Shown in pieces: positions 37,595-51,093 of a DNA stretch of 64,000 bases. Source of the stretch: the human T2T-CHM13v2.0 reference genome, Homo sapiens; the NCBI RefSeq assembly GCF_009914755.1, contig NC_060930.1; one strand, 5' to 3'. Below the pieces are notes generated by a model. That model was not told the origin of the DNA and searched no databases. It saw nothing but the letters and a program-made list of their open reading frames with translations. Position numbers and translations under genes: made by a program. Position 1 is the stretch's first letter; every line of letters begins with the position of its first letter.

Positions 37595-39597
37595 CCTCAC
37601 ATTCTTCTTTCCCCAAACAGCAAAAGGCATTTCTCTTCTGTGTTTTTTTTAGCATATTATTTATAAGTTAAATCATAGTACTTACCATAATGTGCTTTAA
37701 TTATTGCGTGTTTGAAGGTCTACTCCACAGGACTGAAAAGTATCTGGTGGTCTGGCCTGATTTGCTTCAGGTACAGGAATTAGAACTTTTCTATGTCTAT
37801 ACCATCAATGTCTAGCACTGTCCTCTCACTCCATGTGGCATGTACTTAAAATATGGCATAAAAGGATAAATCTGATTTTTGTAGAATTTCCTAATAGTGT
37901 GAAAATGCTGGTGTGTATGTTATCATACTGAAGATATGTTTCTTTCATGACAGCTCTCATTCTCAGAGGACTGTGATGGTATCATGATATATTTCTAATG
38001 CTATCTGTGGTAGTAAAGATGTGTCAAAGAGGCCCACTGTTTGAATTCTTGCACCCAATGAATTGTTACCAATTTTCTGTAGTTTTGTGTGAAAAGCACT
38101 CTTACTTTGTTATTATTTCCATGATGCTACTCATCAATCTAATGCTACAGGCCCAGTTTAGTAGTGAAATGCTTAAGGTCCCATCTCTTTGGACTTTGTT
38201 TATCTTTATCTGCAGTTCATTTTCCTTATTTTAATTGTTTACCTTGCCATAGATCATCAGAAGCTAAGATACTGGAAAAGTGACTTTAAGTCCTTAATCA
38301 ACAAATTATTTGTTATCAAATCTGTTGCAGCGACATTAAGTGTCCACTGCATTGACAACCTCCCAGAAGCTGCCATCTCGACGAATTTGTCCTTCACTGA
38401 GTACTTTCACAAATGTCACTCCTGACAGCGTGCACAGCAGCTATTTCAGTAGAACAGACACATATTGTTTGGAGCACAGTGGTAGCCTCGGCTTTGAGTT
38501 CTGTCGTTATTTAGGGTTCTGCCTCTTGGATGGCTGCCTTTCTGGACGAAAATGAATCATTCCTTCTCACAGTGCTGCCTGGCACACTGATGCATGCCTG
38601 CTGCTGCAGCTCTGTCTGAAGACATGGTTCCATAGGTCACATGCCATTTTTTTAAACTCATGCTCCTGAGGTGACCCCCACCTTCATCTGATGACACACA
38701 GGAGTAGCTCAAATGTCATGTTGTCAATCATCTTGTGGACATGACTGTGTCAGGATGCCCAGCCTCATTGCTTCAGGATCTTCCCACTATTGATCTTCTC
38801 TTGCCACTTGCTGTTAAGCTTCATGCGTGAGGGACTCTGGGAAAATTTCTTAAGAAACTAAAGGTCACATCAAGACAGATTCAAGTCTTGAAGGAAAAAA
38901 TGGTTAGTTTTCTCAAGACTGTTGGATGTAGGAGTTTCCTTAATGTTTGTTTTCCACTTCTTAGTTTTTTTCTTACTTGTCTGAATGAAAAAGTAAGAGA
39001 GCATAATTTTGTAGCTGCTTTAAAACCATAGTATCAGAGAACTTCAGTTTTGAAAAAGGTATGTCATTGACTTCAACCTCCCATTCCCACATGAGAAAAC
39101 ACAGAGAGACAACGAGAGAGAAAGGAAGTGTACCATGGAAAAAATTAACATAATAGCTGCAACGTTCTCCATGAATTAGTTTGATTTGTCATTTGCAATC
39201 TTAATGAAAAATTTACAATTTTTACATGATTGTCCAAAAAATGCAATTATGCTGTGTATCAGAATTTATGTAGTGAATGATCTGAGTTTTATGGGATATT
39301 TATAGTGTTTCTTCCAGATTCCTTTGTATTTACTTTTGGATATTTAGAACCTATATTCAGATCTTCTGGGTTACATGTGATTTTCCTTCTCCCATTCAGT
39401 CTGTGCTGAATGTGTGATTGTGTGTGTGTGTGATGTGGCATAGGGTTGAGAATCTGACGTACACTTGCATTCTCTTCTGTAATAGGTAGCTTACTTGTTT
39501 TAACCAGTCTCTGCATTTTCATCTGTAAAATGGAGCTATTAATATCATCATTCCCCTCCCAGAAGCCTAACACTGCCTTTAAAAAATACAAATTCTG

Positions 39598-39878
39598 GGC
39601 CGGGCGAGGTGGCTCACACCTGTAATCCCAGCACTTTGGGAGGCCGGGGCGGGTGGATCATGAGGTCAGGAGATCTAGACCATCCTGGCTAACACAGTGA
39701 AACCCCGTCTCTACTAAAAATACAAAAAATTAGCCGGCCGTGGTGGCGGGCGTCTGTAGTCCCAGATATTCAGGAGGCTGAGGCAGGGGAATGGCCGTGA
39801 ACCTGGGCGGCGGAGCTTGCAATAAGCGGAGATCCTGCCACTGCACTCCAGCCTGGGTGACAGAGAGAGACTCTGCCT

Positions 39879-39906
<28 letters not shown>
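39598..39906 (+). mobile_element. AluY
   Basis: 'ccatcctggctaacac', 'gaatggccgtgaacc', 'ggagcttgca'; A28 tail. Confidence 0.95.

Positions 39907-39966
<60 letters not shown>
39907..39966. repeat. Compound (TA)17(CA)13 microsatellite
   Basis: Directly visible after the Alu tail. Confidence 0.95.
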
Positions 39967-41594
39967 AATTCTATAAAATTTGGATTAAATTGTATATATG
40001 TATATATAGCCATCTATAATATTTATAACAAATTTAAGAAATTAATACTAGCTCCAAATCTATGCCCCTGCACTTACCACTTGGCTCCAAAGGCACCTAT
40101 ACAATGTGATGTAAATGCTGGGACTTCGTAATATGTTTTAATGTTGTTTCTAGAAAAGTCTATTTTGCTATTAATAGGCTCCAATGTAACCCCTAAATGT
40201 ACTCAACTGTTTATATGAAAATAAGTAGTGAGGCAGAAAATTGCCTTTTTATAACTCTAGGAATGATGATTCTGCAAGTCTGTAAACCACTGGGAATATT
40301 ATAAACAAGAAAATCCAAGAGATAGTTTTAGTACATTTGGATATATGCAAATCTAAAGAATAGCAATTTTAATTTCCTAATAAAATTCTCAAACTATAGA
40401 ATTTATTCTTCTCCAAAAAAAATGCAAAAATCATGTTTTTAAGAACCACATATAAATATTAGTTAATAATTAAAATTTCAGAAATTACCATGTTAAGCCA
40501 TCTGAAACACTTCTTATTATTACCTATCATCAAAAAAGCTCATTAGTGCCCACAGTATGTTACCATCAAAAATACAATTTAAATAACTTTGCTACATGAA
40601 TATTTAAACAAAAACTTCTTCAACTCTAAGTTGTTGGTGGGAAAATAGCTCACATGGCTTGGTTATGACTTATTCCTTAAAAACTATGGACTTCAAACTT
40701 TTCTTCTGTGACAAGCTCCGATACAGCAAGAGGGGAGTACACACCCCACTCCTGTCTTTGAACATTTTAGCCTCTCTTTTCTAATTTTCTCTTGAACAAG
40801 AAAAATGAGAGGAAATGACTCATGTAGCTTTGAAAGATGAGAGAACAAACAAACATACAAAACAACACATAATAGATGTGAATTCTAGAAGTGGTAGAAA
40901 TGGGTTATGATCAGCCTCGTTCTGATTGTTTTAGTCCTCACAGCTCTTTAAACACAGGAAAATGCTTGAATTTAGGTATTTGATTCTGGACCGTGGAGCG
41001 ACTTTAGTTTTAGCCAGAGCTGATGTGAACAAAAGAAAGAATGGAGGAAAAGTAACAACAGTGAGTTGTCCAAGGGAAACAAGAGAGAGAGAAAGGCAGG
41101 GCATTTCTGAGTCCAGGGACAAAGCAAGGGCCCCTTTTCCATATGCCATGTTGTCCTGGAGCCTTGAAATGGGGGTCCACAGTTGTGAGTCATTTGTGTT
41201 AGTCATTGTGACTATGCGTCGGGAGAAAGAGGACAGTTTGCTTACAGGGCCACCCCAGGGGCACCAGTTCTTGCTGGGATCTTCAGGTTTGACTGCACCC
41301 AGGTTTAAGTGGCATTTGTATATAAGAATAGTGAAGTGTTCAAGATGTGTTTGAAATCAAAATCCAAGTGGAACAATATTGTTAGCTTTACCTGCTCTTG
41401 CTCTCTCTCTCTCTATATATATAGTCTGTACCTGGCACCTGGTATATATATATATCCCATCTCACTGATTGTTTACTTGTACTTCAAGATCCTTCAGATC
41501 AAATGTCACCTGATTCACTCACTCACCCTCTCATTCACTCACTCTACCATTCACTCATTTACTCTGCCTGCAAATGAGTAACCTGAAGTAGTTG

Positions 41595-41951
41595 TGTCAG
41601 TCTGTACAGGCTTACAGGCTGCTATAAAAGGATACTACAGACTAGGAATTTTATAAAGAGAAAACATTTATTGCTCACAGATCTGAATGTTGGAAGTCCA
41701 ACATCAAGGCACCAGCAGATATTGTGTTTGATGAGGGCTTATTTCTCGTAGACAGTGCCTTCTTGTTGCATCTTTACTTGGTACCAATATCTTCCTTCTT
41801 TTTTTATTTTATTTTTTTAACTGCAGGAAGCCCTTTACCTTTATGACCTAATCACCTTCCAAAGTCCTTACCTCTTAATGCTATCACCTTTGGGGCTAGG
41901 TATCAACACATGAATGTGGGGGAAGGGGACACAAACATTCACACCATAGCA
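41595..41951 (-). mobile_element. MaLR solo LTR (MLT1A0-like)
   Basis: 'ggaagtccaacatcaaggcaccagcagat...gacacaaacattcacaccatagca'; perfect 5-bp TSD agttg. Confidence 0.88.
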
Positions 41952-41960
41952 AGTTGCTAG

Positions 41961-42394
41961 TGTAAAAGTTGTTGGACTCACGAAGTCACTTGTGTTAAAA
42001 CCCTGACGAATGGAGCCGGGAAAGGCCATGATGGAGGGTTCTCATTCATGTATGCCTGATAATAAGAACTCTGCAAAAGCCTCTGCAAAAACCACAAGCT
42101 TGCACAAAGGTCACTGCAACCTTACACAAAATAATATGTCTGCGAGGACATCTGCCCAGCAACCTCCTGTCCAACCTCAGACTGGTGCTCCCCTTGGTAC
42201 CGATTCTTGCACCCAAGGATAATTATCCAAAAACAATTATGTAATCCTCCTCATGTCTCCTTTCTAAACCCTCACCTTCCTTTGCTTCCCTCAATATACC
42301 CATTGTATTCCCATTGCAATGCTTACTCTGGAATACAATACATACCGTTTTCTTTTCAGGAAACTATTTCTCTCTCCATTGTTCAGGGTTTTCA
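41961..42394 (+). mobile_element. ERV1 solo LTR, MER65A-like
   Basis: 'agtcacttgtgttaaaaccctgac...gaggacatctgcccagcaac...aaaacaattatgtaatcctcctca...ttcccattgcaatgc'. Confidence 0.8.
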
Positions 42395-43198
42395 TGAGGA
42401 ATTCAAATGGGAGAATATACAGCCCTTTCTTTAAGGACATAAAAAACAACTAGGGAAGACAGGCAAGTAAATAATTAAAACAGTCCAATATGACATTTGT
42501 TGCAAGAATAGAGTGCTCACGTATGCAATAAGAATAATCAGGCGAGATAATCACACAGTGAAATATTGCTGGTCATTTTCCCCAGGGACACTCCAACACC
42601 ATGCCCTGTTTCCCCACCTCCTGTCCATGCCTCCAGGGAAGTATTTGCTGGGTCATCTTTTAATCATCCATAGGATTGTCTCATTCAATGGACGATTAAC
42701 CTCTTGAGAACACAAACTAAGTTTGGCCATTTTTTTATTGTCTCTACACTGAGCACAGCTCCAAACACATTTGGTAAATGAGTAAGTAAAGCAAAGGACA
42801 TTAGCTGGCCTCAGTTCCCTTCAGTTAATCTCATATGCCTCTTTAAGGCATTATTCTTTGAATCTTCCCTTCTCAAAATTACTATACCTTTGACAAATGT
42901 GAAATGCAATGTGCGGCACAAAATCCTTCATACTATAGCCAAAATTAATGTACCTGGGCACTGTTCATAATTTCATCTCAGCAGAACACTGGAATTATTT
43001 CCAAAGAAACTGTTTGATTCTAGTCCGTATTAACTCTACATTGGGAGAGCTCAAATTAGGATAGAATTTAACATAAGACATGCAGCCATGAAACATCTTT
43101 CTCTCTCATCACTAAATCACTGCTGCTAAATTTATCGACCTGCTGCTCTAAGTCTGCCATCACACAAATAAAGTAAAAAGGCACTAGCTAATCCACCC

Positions 43199-43687
43199 TA
43201 TATTAGTTTCCTATTTCTGCTGTAGAAAATTACTACATCCTTATGGCTTATAGCAACACAAAGATGTCATTATACAGTTCTGCATGTCCAAAGTTCAAAT
43301 GGGTCTCAGCAGGGCTGCATGCCTTTCTAGTGGCTCTAGGAGTCCATTCATTCTCTTGCCTTTTCCAGCTCTAGTGGCTGTCAACATTCCTTGGCTCATG
43401 GCCCCCTTCCATCCTCAAAGCCACCCACAATGTCTGCTTGAGTCTTTCTCAAGCTGCACCATTCTGAAACTTATTGTTCTGCCTGTCTTTCACTCATAAG
43501 GACCTTTGTGACTACATCAGGACTGTCCAGATCATCCAGATGGTCTCCCCATCTCATGATATCTGATTAGCAAATTTAATTCCATATGCATTTTTAATTT
43601 CCTTTTGCTATACAGCATAATATTTTCAGAGTCCAGAAATTCTGATGTGGACATTTTTGGGTAGTTGAGGCTATTCTGTCTACTACA
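43199..43687 (-). mobile_element. MaLR solo LTR (MLT1D-like)
   Basis: 'ttgccttttccagctctag...cattccttggctcatggcccccttccatc...attctgtctactaca'; TSD caccc/ccccc. Confidence 0.85.
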
Positions 43688-44557
43688 CCCCCTTTCTGTG
43701 CCTGATTAGGTGTTATTTCCACGAAAGCCTGTCTGGACCTCCCTAATATATAACTTCTCACCTGTGGCATCATTGTGTTGTTAACAACAGGAGAACGGGT
43801 TAGTTCTTAGCATATTCCAAAAGAAGATAAGAGGGGGTCTCTAATAATAGAATTTGATACTGTCTTTTTATAAGGTAATTGTTTATTCCAAAAGAGAGGG
43901 CTGAGTTTGCACATGCTTGTGTATGCTTCCCCAGGACTGTCCCACATCTCCCCACATTCCCTGGGTGAGAGAAGCACTTTGTGCTTTTGCTGATACTTCA
44001 GATCTCTCAACCATGAGTGCTTGCACAGGAGTGTTTTTGGTCTTTCTCAGCTCCCATAGAGTCTTCCCATGTGTCCTCATGGGGCTTCAGGGTTGTTAGC
44101 TGCTCCTGTCCTCACCTCCCCCACAGCAGCTCTAGTAGGTTTCTTCCCAGTGCGCTATCAGAACAAATGTGTCAGCACTTTGTACCAGATGGTTGCCTTC
44201 AACAGTGAACAAAGTTCCTTAATATATCACACAGACTTCAAGAAGTGCTGGGTGCACATCTCAAAGACCAGCTGGCTGCCCTGTGAAATACAGGCAAGGG
44301 AGAAACAATTGCTGCCCATGGATGCCTGTGGCAGAGCCAAGGCAGGAGGCTGCAGAGAGCCACAGCCACTGCCATGCCATCCTTTGCTGAATTCAGCCAA
44401 GAAAATGGCACATTGTGATGTGAAAGGATCCACTCCATACCAAAATCTTAGAAGGCTAAACTTCCCACTGGTTGTCATAATAAAAACTCACAACTAGATA
44501 AGAGATCCATTTTACCTAGCTGTTTAATTGTGTTTGACTTGGGGCAAATCTCTAGAA

Positions 44558-44873
44558 TTTTGTTTTGTTTTGTTTATTCTGTCACACAGGCTGGAGTGCG
44601 GTGGTGCAGTTTCAGCTCACTGCAGCCTCTGTATCCTAGGCTCAAGTGATCCTCCCACCTCAGCCTCTGCATCCTAGCCTTAAGTGATCCTCCCACCTCC
44701 CATCCTAGGCTCAAGTGATCCTCCAAGCTTCTGAGGAGCTGGGACCACAGACATGTGCCATCACACTCAGCTAATTTTTGTATTTTTGTAGAGACAGGGT
44801 TTCACCATGTTTCCCAGGCTGGTCTTGAACTCCTGAGCTCAAGAGATCTGCCCACCTCAGCCTCCAAAAGTGC
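44558..44873 (-). mobile_element. AluJ-like element, 5'-truncated, with an internal tandem amplification
   Basis: Alu right- and left-arm motifs on the minus strand; ends at 'caaaagtgc'. Confidence 0.85.
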
Positions 44874-45070
44874 ACTAGACTTTTTTAACTTACATTTATC
44901 TAAGATGAAGAGATGGCTACCTTCTAAAGTTTTGGAGAAGAGTTTTTTGGAAAGTTGTTGGAAGGTGGTAGAACAACCAGCAAACACAAGGAACTGTTGT
45001 TCTGTTGTTTCTATCAAACATAAAACTGCCAGGCCTGATTACATTAATCTGAAGCTTGATATAAATTAGC

Positions 45071-46800
45071 CAGTGGTTCCCAATAAGGTGTTAAATTATT
45101 TCAAAATGTATGAGGGGATTTTGAAAAGTTTGTGGAAAATGGAATTAATAAATAAAAGGGAAAAATATAAACTTATTTCTCAACATAAGCTTCATCAAGT
45201 TCAAAACACTTTTGTAAGCAATAATACCAGTGGAGGCTCCTGGGAATGAATCATATCAGCACAGTCTTTTTTACATTATTAACTGAAGAAAAGTGAGAAC
45301 ACTTTACAGATTTATGTTTTAAGATTAGGAAACAAAAAGGAGCTGAAAGGAGCTAAATCAGGATGGTAATGATTGGAGGTGGAGGCCTAATGATTTCCCA
45401 TTAAAACTCACAAAATTGCCCTTGTTAGATGAGAAGAACGAGCAGGAATATTGTCATGGTGGAAAAGGAGTCTCAGGTAAAGCTTTCCCAGGTGTTTTTC
45501 TGCAAAAGCTTTGGCTTTCTCAAAACACTTTCAAAATATGCAAATGATATTGTTTTTGGCCCTCCAGAAAGTCAACAAGCAAAATACCTTAAGCTTATAA
45601 AACAAAACAAAGAAAATCTGTTGCCATGAACTATGTTCATGACTGGTCTGCTTTTGCTTTGATGGAACCACTTCCACTTCTCAGTTGCCATTGCTTTGAT
45701 TGTGCTTTGTCTTCAGGATTGTACTGGTGAAGCCAGGTTTCATCTCCCATTATAATTCTTTGAAAAAATGCTTCAGGATCTTGATCCCATTTGTTGAAAG
45801 TTTCCACTGAAAGTTCTCTTGTCTGCAACTGATCTGGGTGAAATGGTTTTGGCACCTATTAATTGGAAAATTTGCTCAGCTATAATTTTTCAGTCAGAAT
45901 TGTGTAAGCTGCATTAGTTGAGCTGTCTATGGTGTTGGCTTGTGTTTCTGTTGTGAATCTTTTGTTCTCTTCAGTTGAGGCATGAACAAAATGATTTTTT
46001 TTCTCACAAATTGATGAGAATGATCTACCACTATGGGCTTCATTTTCAACATCCTCTTGTCTCTTTAAACAAGTTATCCATTTGTAAACTGCTGATTTCC
46101 TTAGGGCATTGCCCTGTTAAACTTTTTGTAAAGCATCAATGATTTTACCATTTTTCCACTTTAGCATCACCGTAAATTTATGTGTGTTCTTTAATTTTAG
46201 CAGAATTCATGTTGCTTTGATAGGGGCTCTTTTCAAACTGATGTCTTATCCTTCTTAGTGCCTCAAACTAGATCCTGCTTAGACATGTTATAACAAGTTA
46301 GTATGAGTTTATTTGGGTCCAAAACAATTTTAGAATCTCTTCTTAGTTTTTTCATAAAATGCATTTTTTCACAAACTTTTTGAAGACCCCTCCTATGAAT
46401 GATTTTGCATTGTCACAAAGAAAAGCAATGCACTGAATATAATTGGTTGGGTCCCATCAGTGAGATTTACTGAAATTCACAGGACAGCCCTGTACAATAA
46501 AAAGTTTTTTAAGTTTTTTCTACTGGAAAATCAAATGTCCCATTAATATTCCTATTGGTGGATGATTGAGCATAAAACCTAATACTCTTTTGAAACATAA
46601 AGTGTTTTTTGCTGGGATTTAATATTTATGGGATTATTCAGAAATAAAATTATCATGTAAGTTAAATAAAACATATACTTTGGCTCAGACTTTTGTTAAA
46701 AGTTGTTTACAATTTCAAAAAATCTTAACATCAATAGCCACACCTTTCATGGTATGTCACCAATCCAGCATACTTGTATCAATCTATATTTGTAATTGCA
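45071..46800 (+). mobile_element. MER20B-like hAT remnant interrupted by HSMAR2
   Basis: 'cagtggttccc' TIR-like start; resumes after HSMAR2 with 'gattttgcattgtcacaa...cacaggacagccctgtacaataa'; 3' boundary uncertain. Confidence 0.45.
45111..46393 (-). mobile_element. Full-length HSMAR2 mariner transposon with decayed transposase
   Basis: TIRs 'tgaggggattttgaaaagtttgtggaaaatg' / 'cattttttcacaaactttttgaagacccctcc'; TA on both flanks; peptide 'PKPFHPDQLQTR...FQRIIMGDETWLHQYNPEDKAQSKQW'. Confidence 0.92.
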
Positions 46801-47209
46801 ATATGCATGACATGTTTTTATATAAGGATATCCTTATTTATGCCTCATTTCAAAATGTCAAAACCAAAGATAAAATGGATTCTAATAAACTAAAAGCTGT
46901 TTTCTCTTGTAAATTTAGGTAGGTGTGAGCATACAACTATGCCATGAATGCAGGTTATATTATCCATGCATTCTTTTACAATTATAGGTTAATTAGCTTA
47001 TTGTTTAAAATATATTTTTTGAGAAGGAGAAAACTATAACGCCCAAAGGAAAAAAATATAGAATTAGGCAGAAATGAGATTAAATTTGATTTTCATATCT
47101 AAGTAACTATTTTCTATGAGCTGTCATTGACCTCTTGAAACTCTGTTTCTTAAAAATATTGTAACAATTGTGGTAATGAGATAGAAATTATGATATACAG
47201 AAAATCTTG

Positions 47210-47975
47210 TTTTTAAGGTAGTTGGATTTATCCATATTTTTATTTATGGTTTGTATTTATTAAGTCTTATTTAAGAAATTTTTTCCAAGTACAAAGGGTT
47301 AAAAGTATTCTTATATATTGTTTTCAAAAGAATATTAAATTTTGCTATTCGCATTAAAACTCATGATCAACATGGAATTCAATTTTTACTGATCACATAT
47401 TACTTGTACTACCTTTTTAAAAAACACTTCTTATTTTCAAAGAATTATAGAGCTACAGAACAGTTACAAAACCAACACAGAAAGTTCGCTTATTTTCTTC
47501 TTCAACCTTTCCCTAATGTTAACATATTATAAATCCATAGTATAATTATAACAACCAGAATATTGATGTCATTATAATACTATTATCTAAAATCAAGACT
47601 ATATTCAAATGTCAGTATGGGATAAATTTTTGCTTATCAATTGAAATGGGGTCTGTTTCTCATTTCTTACTTGAATAGTCAATTGCTTTCCCTTTATTCT
47701 GTGTTAACTGTCTTTCCCGCTGATATGACACAAGAGCTCTGATATTTATCAGGTTTTCACATATGCATGAATCTGTTTCTGGAATATGTTTCTTTTATCT
47801 TCCACTGGTGTATTTATTGATCCCTACTTCAATACTGCCTATAAAATGCAATATAGCTTTACAACGAGGTGAATATGTAATAGGACAAATCTTGTCTTGT
47901 GTGTTCTTCTTTTTCAAGGAGTGTCTTGGTTATTCCTGGTCCTTGATCCTTCCATATAATTTTGAAATATGAGAT
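47210..47975 (-). mobile_element. Ancient L1M fragments, antisense
   Basis: 'tgtgttcttctttttcaaggagtgtcttggttattcctggtccttgatccttccatataattttgaaat'. Confidence 0.65.
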
Positions 47976-48045
47976 ATATGGAATCTAAAGACCATAATAG
48001 GTACTCCATAATTATCTAAATAAAATATTGAGGATGAAATAAGTA

Positions 48046-48416
48046 CACATACTCCCTGACTTAGGTTGGGGTTACATCCTGATAAATCCATTGTAAGTTG
48101 AAAATATTGTAAGTTGAAAATGCATTTAATATACCTAACCTACTGACCATCATAGCTTAGCCTACCCTACTTTAAACATACTCAGAACACTTACTAGCCT
48201 AGAGTTGGGCAAAATCATCTGGCATCACTACCGGTTGTTTACCCTCATGATCCTGTGGATGACTGGGAGCTGAGTATTTATTGCATATTGCTAGCCCAGG
48301 AAAAGATCAAAATTCAGACTTTGAAGTATGGATTTTCTGTTGAATATGTATTGCTTTCACACTGTAATAAAGTCAAAAAATCATAACTCAAACCACCATA
48401 AGTTAAGGACAGTCTG
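48046..48416 (+). mobile_element. MER47 (Tigger5-derived) MITE
   Basis: 'ggggttacatcctgataaatccattgtaagttgaaaatat...catagcttagcctaccctac'; TA on both flanks. Confidence 0.85.
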
Positions 48417-49409
48417 TACGAGTGTATATTAATATTTAATTTTTCAGTGGTTATAATCATTTCAAAATAGTGGATGTACATTAAAATATTTCTTATAGTG
48501 TATTATATCTTCCACTGTGTATATTACATTTCATTTGACAACAAATTGTTTAGTTATCTAGTTTTATTACATCCTTCTGGAGTTTTTCAAAATCTCTTAA
48601 ATTCTTCACTAACCAAATATTTTGTATCTTCAACAAATTTTGCTTTTATAGGTATTCAAATAACCTGTTACTCATCATTAATACAGCACAGTAAACAGAA
48701 ATATAAAAATGAAAACAAATCTAAGTTTTAGACTAATCAGATATGACCACTTAATTCTACTGAATATTTATTTTTTTATCTAACCAGGTTTAAATGTGTG
48801 CTGTTCTTTTATTGATAACAAGTCATTTTTTCAACATGTAATACTTAAACATTTAAACTTTATGGTCATTTCAACAATTCTCTCATTTATTTACAACAAT
48901 TTAATAATACTGACACTATGCTTTAATAAAACTGAAACTTTTACCAATTTCTCAAAAACCTTAGTTAATATCAACATTGAAAAACTTTATACATGTGTCT
49001 GCATGAGGGTAATTGATGTAAAAAAAAAAACTTTATATAATTAATACATTGAATAAAAATATCAAAATGCAATGATATTTTGGCTTTCTCGTTTTTCAAC
49101 CAAAAAGTATTGTTCAAAATATTTATTTGCATTACATAATTTTGGGTGAGCTTTTTGATCTCATCTTAATATAATGAAGTATAACAATCATAAATGTACA
49201 GCTAAATGAAATTTCATAAAGTGAATAGAATACATTCTGATAACCATGAAATTTGGAAAATAGAATATTACCAGCACCCAGAGCTATCCTCAGCATCTTT
49301 ACTGCCCCTACTACCTTTCCAAAGGAATCACCCTATTAATTCATACACTATCAATGAGTTTTACCTTTTAAATATGTTTATTAATGACTTGGTAATCTTT
49401 TGTATGTGA

Positions 49410-49799
<390 letters not shown>

Positions 49800-50925
49800 T
49801 AGGCCATTATTTATCTATTTAGCAACTAGATCTTTATAATTTTTAGTTAGTAAGAATAGTGCTGCTCTACATGTCTTTGGTTCTACATGTCTTTGGTTCA
49901 TATTACTGAAATTGTATTGGGTAAATCGTAGATTTCTGAGTAATAAGGTATAATATATCCAACTTTAGTTGATACAAAGTGTTTTTAAAACTATAAAACA
50001 TCAGCTCCTATAAGAAGTTTGTGAAATGACCAGTTACACCATAGCTATGCCAGCCCTTCATATGTTGTCTTTTTCATGTTAGCAATCTTAAATATGGCAT
50101 ATTTAATCATCTTCAGTTCAAAATAGTTTATCAATTCCATTGTCATTTCTTAATTAATTTATGGGTTATTTACAAACATACTAATTATTTTTCTAACATT
50201 CAGAGCTCTACTTGCTACTTCTTATTGATTTCTAGATTAATTTTACTGTTTTAGACAATGTGCTGTGAATGATTTTCATTGTTAGGTTGAAAGAGTTTTT
50301 ATGGTCCAGCATGTGGTCAGTTCTATGCAGCGTTCTCTATACGTCAATTAGATCAAATTTATTGATATTTTTCAGATCTTTCAAATTCATACTGATTTTG
50401 TTTAATCTCATCTTTCTGTTGTATAATAAGAAAGGTACATTAAAGGATCCCAACTTGGCTATGATTTTTTTTCCTTTCTTTTAGTTCTATCTATCATTAT
50501 ATTATGATGTAAAACTATAATGGTAGGTTCATTCAAATTCATAATTGATCTCTTTCTTAGTAAGGTGATATATAACTTTATAAAAGATTATTCTCCATGT
50601 TATACTAATTTTACTTCCCTTGAAGTACACTTTGATATTGTTAAGCTATACCAGATTTCTTTGAGGTAGTGTTTGATTAGCTTATTTTTCCTTACTTCCA
50701 AGCTTTATGTGACTTTTGTATTTAAGAGTAGCTCTTGCAAGTTATATTTATCTGGAAATTTTTAATTTAGTCTGATAAACTTTACATTTTAATTGAAGTA
50801 TTTAATCTATTTGCATCTACATTTAAATTACTAACATTTCTTTTAAGTCTCTGTGCTCCTTATGTTCTATATTTCTTTTTTTCTTCCTTGTTTTGTTTTA
50901 GATAAAAAACCAAAATTCATGTTTT

Positions 50926-51093
50926 TATGGTGGTACAGGCCTGTAGTTCCAGCTACTGGGGAGGCTGAGGTGGCAGGATCACTTGAGCCCAGGAGTTTGA
51001 GGTAGCAATAAGCTATTATCATGCCACTGCACTCCAGGATGGGTGACAGGGTGAGTCCCTGTCTCTAAAACTAATAATAAAATAAAATAAAAA
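50926..51093 (+). mobile_element. Alu right monomer (FRAM or truncated AluJ)
   Basis: 'cagctactggggaggctgaggtggcaggatcacttgagcccaggagtttgagg' plus an A-rich tail. Confidence 0.85.

Noticed and set aside
40931-41354. 130-aa ORF and overlapping antisense ORFs
   Set aside because: No recognisable domain or supporting splice structure; length compatible with chance
44069-44497. 142-aa ORF in non-repeat-looking sequence as a processed pseudogene
   Set aside because: Non-ATG start, no homology I recognise, and no poly(A) or TSD; a BLASTX/PhyloCSF check would be decisive
49867-49900. 16-bp tandem duplication (tctacatgtctttggt x2) and small hairpins at 2069-2087 and 52076-52094
   Set aside because: Ordinary slippage or chance-level inverted repeats
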